In this document: positions 26,699 through 35,989 of the stretch, piece after piece
Layout: every line of letters begins with the position of its first letter
Position numbering within the stretch: the stretch's first letter is position 1
Source of the DNA: a virus
Taxonomy: Duplodnaviria > Caudoviricetes
IMG/VR virus record: IMGVR_UViG_3300023105_000057
Coordinates: 1 to 46,017 of that record
DNA length: 46,017 nt
Direction: 5' to 3' (one strand)
Position numbers and translations under genes: made by a program
Notes under the pieces: model-generated
Databases searched by the model: none
Seen by the model: only the letters and a program-made list of their open reading frames with translations
Told to the model about the DNA's origin: nothing

Positions 26699-27952
26699 TC
26701 AAGCAGTTCTCAACCAAAGTTTGATGGTGCTCACGGTTTCAGTGCTAGCCTTAACAGTGTCGCCAGCATATGTTCCGCTAAAATCACTAGAATATGAACC
26801 ACTAAAATAACCAGTGTATGAACCTGAGTAGTTTGAAGTACCTACATAGTCACCGGAAAACGCTCGGTCATAAGCACCAGTGTAATAACCAGTGTAAGTT
26901 TTAGCACCAGTATAGAAACCAGTGTAGTATCCTGTAAAGGTTCCGCCGACATAACCAGAGTAATATAAAACGTAGTCGCCTGCATAGTTACCTGAATATG
27001 CTGAAGTTCCTACGTAGTTGCCAGTGTAATCACCAGAAAATGATCCTGTATATGAACCAGTGTATGTCTTAGCACCTGTATATTCACCACTAAAAGCTTG
27101 GTTATAGGCACCGGTGAATGCACCAGTATAAGAACCTGCATATGTAGATGAATCTACTTCTTGTCTAGTATCTGAGAATCCAGCAACATCTCCCATCTGA
27201 GTCCAAGTGCCTGTTTCTGATGGAGTGCTCGACTGTACAAGATAACAACCTACACCAGGAGTTGTGCCATAATCTTCAACGATTCTATTTCTAAAGTTAG
27301 GAACCATTTGCTCTACTTGTGCCGCTGTCATTTGCTTCATTCCGCTATCATATGTGATAGAAGAAAGGTCACTATTTGCAGAGGATGTGGGAGCAGTCTT
27401 TTGCCACAAGTAAGTAGTGTTGTTACCACTCAACACTGTATCTGTAATAGTGTAACGAGAAGTCCAAGTACCACCAGTAGGTGAAGAAGCAGCTAGATGA
27501 AATTGACCTACCGTGTAGTCTGATTCAGAAACCATATCATTAATAACTTTATCAAGTACATCAGTGTCTAGCTCAGCGTCCGTGAATTCATTGAAACCAA
27601 CATCTCCGGATGTTTCCCAGCCAAGAGGACGATTAGTAATACTTTCTGAAGCTGCTGAGGTTATTTGTTTAAAGTAATAAGTAGTATCTGTTGTTGTGCC
27701 TGCTGTTGGGTGAGTACCAATAGCATCATCTCTAGTTGTATCAGTAAAAGTGCCTATAGCAGAACCACTAAGAGCATTTGCAGTATCCATGTTCAGGTCA
27801 CCGGTAAGTGTTCCATCCCAGTCATCTGCATATTTGTTAGTAATAACATAAGAGAGATATTGCTGTATCTCTGCGTCGGTCATCTCTTGGATACCCTGAA
27901 AATTACTAGAAGTAATCGGAGTTCCAGATGCTTTAAGTCTTAGTGGGCGCAT
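26699..27952 (-). CDS. Virion fibre-tip protein with long [YF]xGx repeat
   Basis: About 29 aromatic-x-Gly-x type units in the C-terminal third; Thr/Ser-rich N-terminal region. Confidence 0.7.
   Translation of the reverse strand: MRPLRLKASGTPITSSNFQGIQEMTDAEIQQYLSYVITNKYADDWDGTLTGDLNMDTANALSGSAIGTFTDTTRDDAIGTHPTAGTTTDTTYYFKQITSAASESITNRPLGWETSGDVGFNEFTDAELDTDVLDKVINDMVSESDYTVGQFHLAASSPTGGTWTSRYTITDTVLSGNNTTYLWQKTAPTSSANSDLSSITYDSGMKQMTAAQVEQMVPNFRNRIVEDYGTTPGVGCYLVQSSTPSETGTWTQMGDVAGFSDTRQEVDSSTYAGSYTGAFTGAYNQAFSGEYTGAKTYTGSYTGSFSGDYTGNYVGTSAYSGNYAGDYVLYYSGYVGGTFTGYYTGFYTGAKTYTGYYTGAYDRAFSGDYVGTSNYSGSYTGYFSGSYSSDFSGTYAGDTVKASTETVSTIKLWLRTA
26757..27145 (-). repeat. Tetrapeptide [YF]-x-G-x coding repeat with mirror-symmetric spacing
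   Basis: YAGS YTGA FTGA YNQA FSGE YTGAKT ... YVGTSN YSGS YTGY FSGS YSSD FSGT YAGD. Confidence 0.9.
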
Positions 27953-27965
27953 TTATGTTTCCTTA

Positions 27966-28448
27966 TTAATTCAAACGTGTACCGGAAGAATCATATATAA
28001 CAGTTTCTACCATTGTATTCCAGTTTGTACTAGAGGTACCTACTAAACAAGAAGTCACTCCTGCAGGCAAATCAATCGAAGCATTTGCTGATCCTGCGTT
28101 GATAGTACCTGAAGTATTTGGATACAATTTTACATTAACAGAAGTTCCGTTACTAACTGTATATAAGAGACCCGCGGCAGCTGTAGGTAGCTTAACACCT
28201 TGATCTGCTGTGGCAGAACTAACTACATTATATGTGTTGGACAATGCCGTTGCATCACCTTGAACTGTACCTGCCGCTGTAACACTAGCCGCTATTGAAG
28301 CGGTATGGTCTCCAGAAGAAGTAACATCTGCTACTGAAATACTATCTCCGGATTGATACTTATCGCTATTTAAGTTGGTAAAGTTAGCATCAACCTCAGA
28401 ATTAGTTAACGGACTACCTTTACCGGATCGTGTAGTTATTGTTGACAT
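27966..28448 (-). CDS. Short fibre / adaptor protein
   Basis: TRSGKGSPLTNSEVDANFTNLN fibre-attachment-type start; ends IYDSSGTRLN. Confidence 0.7.
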   Translation of the reverse strand: MSTITTRSGKGSPLTNSEVDANFTNLNSDKYQSGDSISVADVTSSGDHTASIAASVTAAGTVQGDATALSNTYNVVSSATADQGVKLPTAAAGLLYTVSNGTSVNVKLYPNTSGTINAGSANASIDLPAGVTSCLVGTSSTNWNTMVETVIYDSSGTRLN

Positions 28449-28459
28449 TTACTTTACCC

Positions 28460-28690
28460 TTATAGTTTGTTAAGAATCTGTGAGAACATATCCTTAATTT
28501 CTTTTATATCTTTCTTTAGTGTATTTATATCATCTTGACATTTTACAATCTGATTTTTTTGCTCTAAACGCCTTTTTTTTGCAATTTTATATTCTCGCAA
28601 AGCAGAATTGTCTCTGTTCACTAAAGCTTGATTAGAACCATCCCGCAAAAATTCAGGAGATTCTTTTACAATTTCTTTTTTACTAATCAT
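28460..28690 (-). CDS. Small coiled-coil protein following the large structural gene
   Basis: LRD..NQALVNRD ... DINTLKKDIKEIKDMF.QIL; contains an internal TATAAATA at 28522-28529. Confidence 0.65.
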   Translation of the reverse strand: MISKKEIVKESPEFLRDGSNQALVNRDNSALREYKIAKKRRLEQKNQIVKCQDDINTLKKDIKEIKDMFSQILNKL

Positions 28691-28696
28691 TATATA

Positions 28697-31600
28697 TTAT
28701 ACCTGTAGAGCGTATGCTCTGAGTTTTCTTACCTTAGGCACATTAACAGTTGTACTGTTCAACGGAACAATCTTAATTGCGTAATACTTGAATCCTTGAT
28801 ATGTTGTGGTCTGAGTAGTAACTGTTCCTGCTGTAGCTGAAGTACCTCCGCCACCTGAAAGTGTAACAGTAATTGTACCACCATCATATCCTCTACCTGC
28901 ATCCAATATATTGATAGCCGTGACTGCTCCTGCTGATATTGTAGCAGTTGCTCTTGCTCCAAACCCATCACCTGAGTGTGTGATAGTTACAGTTGGTGCT
29001 GAAGTATATCCTGATCCGCCTGCTGAAACTGCAATAGAAGCTATGCCGGTAACATCATATTCCAATACACCCTCAGTATTTAGACCAAAACTATTGGATC
29101 CTTTTGAAGGCAACCCGTATCGGTATTCGCCATAGCTAGTTGTTGGAGAATCCGGTGTTAATTTTTTATCCATTTTTCTCCAAATAATATCATCACTGAA
29201 TTTAGCCAAATCATCATCTACGTTTTGTACTTTATAATAAACTTCAACATCACCAGTAGAAGGAATATAATTATCTAAAATTACTATTAGATCTTCAGCA
29301 TCCTGAGTATCTTCTAATCTTACTTTCCTAGAAATATATCTAGAGGATGCTGTGCCTCCAGTACGCACATCTTCTCCGGAAGAATCATTGTTTATCTCGT
29401 TTTTATATGCGTTGAACATTAAAGATTCTATATCAATCATAGGACTTAAATGTTCATAGGGAGTCCTTAAAGCAATTTCAAAAGTAGCCGTTTTACTACC
29501 GCTATAGTTAGCTTGTTCATTTGAATAACTGTAGATTGTTTTTTCTGTTACAAGATCGTTTAGCTCACCTATAGCCATAGGAGTCATTGTAGTATTTGCT
29601 GAAGCTGCTCCTGTATTTGTTAGAGCAAACTTAGGTGTAATTGTTCCTAGGTTACCAAAGTTATCAAAAGGACACTTAAATGCGTAAGAACTAACTACCC
29701 TATCGTAAATGTTATTTACGTTTGCAGTCTTAGTTCCGTTACCTACTAACACAGAACGTATGGTCCTTTCTGTACCATCTACTGTATTAGAACCTGTAGA
29801 AACAAAACGTCCTTTTAATACAGTAATAGTAGAGGTTTCATCATACATCGCGGCATGATAAGAAACACGACCCAGGTTAAGTTCTGCCGTCACGGTAGCC
29901 GCAGAAGAAGGCGAACCACCAGACAAGGTAACAGTTAAATTAGAGTTACCATCATATCCTGCTCCAGGATTAGTTAGAGTTATATCAGTAACCACACCTG
30001 CTGTTAATGTAGCAGTTGCTGTTGCTCCGGTTCCTCTACCTGTGCTATCAGTAATAGTAACTGTAGGAGTTGTTCCGTATCCGGCTCCTCCACTGTTACC
30101 CACAGTGAAAGTAAATCCGTGTACTTTATCGCCAACTGCAAACTTAGTGCTTGAATCACTAAAGCTATCGTAGTTAGTCCAGTCATGGTTTTTAGTTTTT
30201 AACTTGAGTTTAAAATTAGTATTTGTTGAGAATGTACAACGGTTAATTCTAAACATCATATCTTCTTTTTGTCTTGCTGACCAAGTTCTGTTGTTAGCAG
30301 ATGTAAACAGTATTCCACTGTGTGCTTGCTTAGATATTACTGTATCTGAACCATGAATCTTTTTACCTAGTTCTGCAATCCAAACGGTATAGTTAGGATC
30401 GTCTGAGTCTGGAATAGGAACAACACAATACTCTGTGTTGTTTTCTAAGTAAACAGGTGTTGGGAATGCAAAATGAGTACCCCTAGGAGTATATGTACCG
30501 TCTCCGTTGTCTATTGAAACTGCACAGTCCCTTCTTTCCTTTCTAGATTTCGCTAGAACAATATCGCCCGGATAACCGTTAACCATATTTCTAAGTTCTA
30601 GTGTGATACCTTTATTATCTTCAGCTTTAGAAACAGTGTGGAAGAACAAATCTACAGAAGAAACATACATTCCATTATCGTATCCTTCAACCATAAATGA
30701 TTGTGCCATTGGATCCCAACCACCACACAACCCGCCATACATATCAACATATGCTCTTGAAGCTAGGCCTGCCATATCATATTCAAATTCAAAATTAGTG
30801 AGATCATAATCAAATTCAACCGCACTAGCTGCAGGAGTGACAGTAGGAGTTGAAGGAACAGTAGCAGTGTAGTTATTAGATGGTGGTACCTCTACCGGAA
30901 TATCATCATAGAAAGTTTCAAATGTAGCAAAACCTTCAGTAAGATCTTCTCCAAAATTAGTTCCGGTATGATGATTTATTCCATATGTGAGGAACGCATC
31001 TATAATAGAATCAACCGGAGCCGCAGAAGTAGGATCTTGAAACCCGATAAATGAATTTGCGCCACCATATTCAGTAGGTATAACAGTAACTGTAGCAGGT
31101 GGTTTTGAAGTTGTCGCAGTTGTAGGAGTACTGGAAGACTCTGCCGGTCTATCCTGAGGATCATATGATATATCAGAAGTCCTTGTAAACACTTGACCTT
31201 CTACTATTTTAGGATCTAAAGGTGTTGACACCGCTTGTGCGGGCTCTGAGCCTGTTCTTGTTCTTGGTTGAGGAGGATTGATAACAGTATAGTGTTTGGC
31301 ATTAGTAATAATAGTGCCGTCACCGCCTGTAAAAGTATTTGTAGCTCTAGATACAGTGTTTACTACACCACCTGTAGAAGCTACTACTACATCATGTTTA
31401 CCAGGAGGAAGTTCTTTATCTCCAATAGTAAATGTACCAGAAGCTCTACCATTTGCATTTGAAGTAAATGTACCTTTGCTAATACCTCCAATATAAATTG
31501 TATGTTCTAAATTAGAGCATAGTCCGCCAGCAGACCACTGTATTTCTTGTGATCTAATATATCCGTAATTTTTTCTACTTACCTCTTTTTCACCATCATA

Positions 31601-34600
31601 AACACGATTTGCATTAGGTAAAGCACCAATATATGAGTATTGTGTTTCACGCCTCTTAGGTTGTATTTCATTTCTAGCATATTCAGTATAAGGTTGTACT
31701 TCAGTCTCATACCAGGTACCTATAGTCAGTAGATAAGGATCTTGATAAGACCATCTGTCTGCTCTGTGAAATGATAATTCGCCTTCATTCCATATCTCTT
31801 CGGTAAATTCTTTCCTGCCGAGTATATTTTCTCCGGGTGTACCTGTGTCGGCGGTTTGAATATAGGACAATCCATCATCTACTATTCTGTCATAATCAAG
31901 GTGCCACCCATCATCACTGTATTCAAAGTTAGCTTCTACACCTGTTATGACATTTTCAACGTCATCAGTTGATAGCCTTGTGTCTGTCCATGCAGGATCT
32001 TTCTTTGGTCTGATTTGTAGGTCTCCATATACAGGCTGACCAACACCACAAACTGGAGGAGGAGTATCTTTTACACAGGTTTGTGTTACAGGATCCCATG
32101 TATAACCTGTGTTACACGCTATAGGAACACAGGCAGTACCGGCTGCATTTAGTGTGTAACCTGAAGCACATACAAGTGCAACATTAGTATTGTTCAGTGT
32201 AAATGTTGAACTTGCTGAATCAGTAGCATTTCCATCACTATCAGTGGCATCAAGTGTGAGTTTTAAAGTTTCATTTTCAGTAATGCCTGTTTCAGTAGCA
32301 AACGTAAATGAAACGACTGCTTGAGAACCGCTGTCTATTGTAGCAGTTCCTGTTAGTGAACCGGAAGCCAAGTCTCCAGATACAAGTGTATATCCTGATG
32401 TGCAAGAAAGAGTCCAGCCAACTGTCACACCTGAACCTACAGCATTTCCCTGTATAGTAAGTGATATAGATTCGCCTTCATCTACTGCACCTTTATTTGT
32501 AATAGAATATTCAACTACACGTTCTGATCCATTATCAGGATTACTAGGTCCGGTGTTACTCGGCCGCGGAACACAAGCGTTAGATTCAGCGTCCCAAATA
32601 TAACCAGATTGACAAGTAGGTTGAACAACAACTTCCTCATCATATAGAAGTTCCGTTACAATAGCTTCCCATTTACTAGCTTTTAAATTTTCCGCATACA
32701 TAATTTCTGCGTAAGGAACGTGTGCTATAGCTCCAGTCTGACCACACTCGTCAGATGCTCCCGAAAAATCCGGCAAAAGTGAAATAAATTCGTCAGAGAA
32801 ATAAGGACGCATAACACCAATAGATTTATGTAAAGAACATTTGTAATCAGGATCATTTACTGCTGCTGTAGTAAATCCATTAAATGCGTCTACTAACAAT
32901 CCGTTTTTAAATCTATCTACACCTGATTCATCTAAGAATTTCTCATCTTTAGATGCTTGTTCTAATATAGACAGAGAAGTGTAATACTCAAGATTTTCAA
33001 TTCTTTTTTCTAGGCCACCAATTTGTGACATAGTATACTTGGGATTATTTACCTTTCTAACTTTATTAGCCAAATCTAATCTTGAATAGTATTTACCCGA
33101 TGCCGCACTCAAAGAAGGATATGGTTTAGCCACAAGTGTAGCCAATGTCATATCTTTACTAGTTTTAGGCATAGGAATGCTTGGCTTTGTAGAAGCAGGA
33201 TTAGATACAAGCTCAATAGAACCTGTAGGAGTGACTATAATTCTATGCCCCTGACCCAAATAGTATTCAAGATCTGTTGTAAATTCTTGTACAGGGACAG
33301 GCATAGTTAGACCATTAGAAGGTCTTGTGATAGTTATTGCACTGCTAGGATTCTGAGTTGCAGAACCTAATGTAGCCGTAGGAGTTGCTGTATTAGTTGC
33401 ATAAGGTCTAAAATCTAATTCATCTCTAAGGTCTACTGTTCTGCCTTTGCTATTAACATATAAAGGCACCTCTTGTAGTTTCATTGTGTTTGCTGATATT
33501 GCGGCTGCATATGAATCTATACAAGAAAAAGTAGGACCAGTAACAGTTCTACTAAAATAGTCAAACTTAACAAGTAAGTAAGGTCTGGCAGTAAAGTCTA
33601 CAGTGGCCGAAGGTTTCTTAAATATCTTAGCGAGTCCATAGTAGTTATCTCGCTGACCGTTATCGAATCTAAACTGACTCGTTACGTCTATTCCATCGGA
33701 AGCTGCTGAAAATGCTGAAGAATGAGCCCTGATTGATGTTATTCTAAGTACATCAGCTACACCTAAATTAAATTCTATTTCGGAAGTAGAATAAGTATCA
33801 GTACCGTCAGCAAGAAGTGTCACATATTGATCTGTATTCAGAGTTTTTGAAATTGGCGTAGTATCTGCTACTTGAACATTGGCATAAATTTTAACATCTA
33901 GGCCAGAAGATGCAACAGCTGTTGCTCCTAGGTCTATAGTAATTTCTGTATCACTAACTACGGTTACACTTCTGCCTGTAGCAGTGAGATCTAACATTTC
34001 TCCCAATGAAAGTGTGTCAGTAGGAGTAGTTGTTGTAAAAGTATCTTCAGCTACTACCTGAATATTAGCAAGAGCTGTAGTATCGCTCAATACACCGGTC
34101 GAGTATGGGAAAGTTTCATTACCGCTTACGGTTATGGATACTTCACCATTAGCTGCTACTGTAGCACTAAATTCTTTTGTATACTGAAAATCGTAGTCGT
34201 ATGTTCCGCCAGGTGCAATAGTCTTTGTATTTCTAGCCGGTAGTGGGAAAAATACTGAATTGAATGCCTTTTCTTTCAACACTGCACCGTAGTTTGCGGT
34301 ACCTGCGTACTGCCAAGTGATACCACCATCTGTTGCAGTGCCAGAAGTATGTGTAGGTCCTGAACCACTTGAAGCAGAAGTACCTGCTACTGTCGCAGTA
34401 TATAGATAATCACCATTGTATGCAATTTGATTTGGTGCAAAGTATGTACTAGTTGCCCATGCTTTAGCATTAGCATCAATATTATTTAATACAACGTCTG
34501 CAAAACCATCAGCATTTGTATCATTATAATACAAACTTTTTACATTTTCAAAGTTATCAGAGGTCATTTTAACATCATACAAATAAAGCCTGTACTGAGC

Positions 34601-35980
34601 AGATGCTGAACCTACTGTTCCTGATTCACGGACAAAGTGACGAATTTTAGCTGTACCTATAGCATTCCCTGATGCTGTTGTCCCTGAGAAAGTCGCAGAA
34701 GTTACCGCTGTCTGTGCAGCATCATATAGAGTAACTTCAGCACTACCGTCTACATCCCAAGCACCACAAGTTTCATTCACAAGAATGTAGTTACCATAGT
34801 TTGTAGTTATTGTAGAATCTTCTTTTGTTTCCGTATCAGTAGGTTTGTCTATTATCAATAATTTACGATTAGTCAGTCGTAAAGGGTGTCCGCCCACTTC
34901 ACAATAACCGGGAGAAATTTCTGCTACTAATTTTGTAGCATCGCCACCATTAGCAGAAGTAAACACACCACCATTAACACCGTCGTTAAGGTGTTCTTTT
35001 AACTGAACAGTCAGACCATGATCTACAAAGTTACCGTATGTTTCATAGGCCCTTTCATTCATTATATCGCCTAGACGATTTAGTCCGCTGGTCCTAATAT
35101 CATTTCTGACTAATCTACCATACTCCCACTGTCCGTATTCAAAAAACAGTTCAGGAAGAACAGCAGAAGCTGCATATGATTTTAGTTGTGCAGTAATATT
35201 ATATCGGTCTGCACCGGGTGCATTGAAGTTATAAGAGCCTGATGCTGGATCTAAAAGTGTCTCATCATCAGTGTATGCTTTTACTGTCTCTGTTAGTTCA
35301 AAACCTATTTTACGAACAACAGAGTTGCTAAAAGGATGTACGTAAGTAGACAATGTATCCGTAAGAATAAATTGTTCTTTTGCATATATTACACCAGGAG
35401 ATAATTGTATTTTGGTTGTAGTACCATAATAGTTATCTGCATGAGTTACAGGGCTTGCGGCCAAATTACTAGTAACAAACTCGGTATTTAAATGAGAGCC
35501 CCCTGAGATTACTTTTAATCTTTCAGCTCCAGAGAAATGTTCATCACCCTCACCTCGGCCGTTAAAATCTAAGTATGCAAGATAAAAAGCCTTTAGTGCC
35601 GGCCTTCCTGATACAGATCCTTGTACAGTGCCTATGATTTTAGCTTTAATTCCTGTAGTCTGTCCTTCAACAATAGCACCCCTAAACTTCTCCATTTGTG
35701 CATTGGTCAATGCTGTTGTCGTAGTAACACCGTTAGGATAATAATCATCATTAATTTTAATATAAGGAACTGCAATAATAGATTCTTCACATCCACTAAT
35801 CACTGCGCCTTCTTTGAGTGTAAAACTTCCAAGATTAGAAATTTGATTTTGAAGAACTGTTTGTAGCTGGGTCAGTTCTCTTGCTTGTACAGCAACACCA
35901 GGCTTAAAGAGAATCCTGTTATAATTTTTTGTTGCGTCAAAATCGTCAAAATACGGAGAAGTATTTAAGTTGAGTGCCAT
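28697..35980 (-). CDS. Very large baseplate-associated structural protein (VrlC / DUF4815-type)
   Basis: LNTSPYFDDFD..KNYNRILFKPG.AVQARELTQLQ, APGADR, LEKRIENLEYYTSLSILE, DRFKNG..VD.F, DPMAQSF, LFTSAN..TWS. Confidence 0.88.
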   Translation of the reverse strand: MALNLNTSPYFDDFDATKNYNRILFKPGVAVQARELTQLQTVLQNQISNLGSFTLKEGAVISGCEESIIAVPYIKINDDYYPNGVTTTTALTNAQMEKFRGAIVEGQTTGIKAKIIGTVQGSVSGRPALKAFYLAYLDFNGRGEGDEHFSGAERLKVISGGSHLNTEFVTSNLAASPVTHADNYYGTTTKIQLSPGVIYAKEQFILTDTLSTYVHPFSNSVVRKIGFELTETVKAYTDDETLLDPASGSYNFNAPGADRYNITAQLKSYAASAVLPELFFEYGQWEYGRLVRNDIRTSGLNRLGDIMNERAYETYGNFVDHGLTVQLKEHLNDGVNGGVFTSANGGDATKLVAEISPGYCEVGGHPLRLTNRKLLIIDKPTDTETKEDSTITTNYGNYILVNETCGAWDVDGSAEVTLYDAAQTAVTSATFSGTTASGNAIGTAKIRHFVRESGTVGSASAQYRLYLYDVKMTSDNFENVKSLYYNDTNADGFADVVLNNIDANAKAWATSTYFAPNQIAYNGDYLYTATVAGTSASSGSGPTHTSGTATDGGITWQYAGTANYGAVLKEKAFNSVFFPLPARNTKTIAPGGTYDYDFQYTKEFSATVAANGEVSITVSGNETFPYSTGVLSDTTALANIQVVAEDTFTTTTPTDTLSLGEMLDLTATGRSVTVVSDTEITIDLGATAVASSGLDVKIYANVQVADTTPISKTLNTDQYVTLLADGTDTYSTSEIEFNLGVADVLRITSIRAHSSAFSAASDGIDVTSQFRFDNGQRDNYYGLAKIFKKPSATVDFTARPYLLVKFDYFSRTVTGPTFSCIDSYAAAISANTMKLQEVPLYVNSKGRTVDLRDELDFRPYATNTATPTATLGSATQNPSSAITITRPSNGLTMPVPVQEFTTDLEYYLGQGHRIIVTPTGSIELVSNPASTKPSIPMPKTSKDMTLATLVAKPYPSLSAASGKYYSRLDLANKVRKVNNPKYTMSQIGGLEKRIENLEYYTSLSILEQASKDEKFLDESGVDRFKNGLLVDAFNGFTTAAVNDPDYKCSLHKSIGVMRPYFSDEFISLLPDFSGASDECGQTGAIAHVPYAEIMYAENLKASKWEAIVTELLYDEEVVVQPTCQSGYIWDAESNACVPRPSNTGPSNPDNGSERVVEYSITNKGAVDEGESISLTIQGNAVGSGVTVGWTLSCTSGYTLVSGDLASGSLTGTATIDSGSQAVVSFTFATETGITENETLKLTLDATDSDGNATDSASSTFTLNNTNVALVCASGYTLNAAGTACVPIACNTGYTWDPVTQTCVKDTPPPVCGVGQPVYGDLQIRPKKDPAWTDTRLSTDDVENVITGVEANFEYSDDGWHLDYDRIVDDGLSYIQTADTGTPGENILGRKEFTEEIWNEGELSFHRADRWSYQDPYLLTIGTWYETEVQPYTEYARNEIQPKRRETQYSYIGALPNANRVYDGEKEVSRKNYGYIRSQEIQWSAGGLCSNLEHTIYIGGISKGTFTSNANGRASGTFTIGDKELPPGKHDVVVASTGGVVNTVSRATNTFTGGDGTIITNAKHYTVINPPQPRTRTGSEPAQAVSTPLDPKIVEGQVFTRTSDISYDPQDRPAESSSTPTTATTSKPPATVTVIPTEYGGANSFIGFQDPTSAAPVDSIIDAFLTYGINHHTGTNFGEDLTEGFATFETFYDDIPVEVPPSNNYTATVPSTPTVTPAASAVEFDYDLTNFEFEYDMAGLASRAYVDMYGGLCGGWDPMAQSFMVEGYDNGMYVSSVDLFFHTVSKAEDNKGITLELRNMVNGYPGDIVLAKSRKERRDCAVSIDNGDGTYTPRGTHFAFPTPVYLENNTEYCVVPIPDSDDPNYTVWIAELGKKIHGSDTVISKQAHSGILFTSANNRTWSARQKEDMMFRINRCTFSTNTNFKLKLKTKNHDWTNYDSFSDSSTKFAVGDKVHGFTFTVGNSGGAGYGTTPTVTITDSTGRGTGATATATLTAGVVTDITLTNPGAGYDGNSNLTVTLSGGSPSSAATVTAELNLGRVSYHAAMYDETSTITVLKGRFVSTGSNTVDGTERTIRSVLVGNGTKTANVNNIYDRVVSSYAFKCPFDNFGNLGTITPKFALTNTGAASANTTMTPMAIGELNDLVTEKTIYSYSNEQANYSGSKTATFEIALRTPYEHLSPMIDIESLMFNAYKNEINNDSSGEDVRTGGTASSRYISRKVRLEDTQDAEDLIVILDNYIPSTGDVEVYYKVQNVDDDLAKFSDDIIWRKMDKKLTPDSPTTSYGEYRYGLPSKGSNSFGLNTEGVLEYDVTGIASIAVSAGGSGYTSAPTVTITHSGDGFGARATATISAGAVTAINILDAGRGYDGGTITVTLSGGGGTSATAGTVTTQTTTYQGFKYYAIKIVPLNSTTVNVPKVRKLRAYALQV

Positions 35981-35989
35981 TTCCTAATC

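Noticed and set aside
26757-27145. CRISPR-like or non-coding repeat array
   Set aside because: The repeats are 12/18-nt degenerate in-frame coding units with no constant repeat-unique spacer structure.
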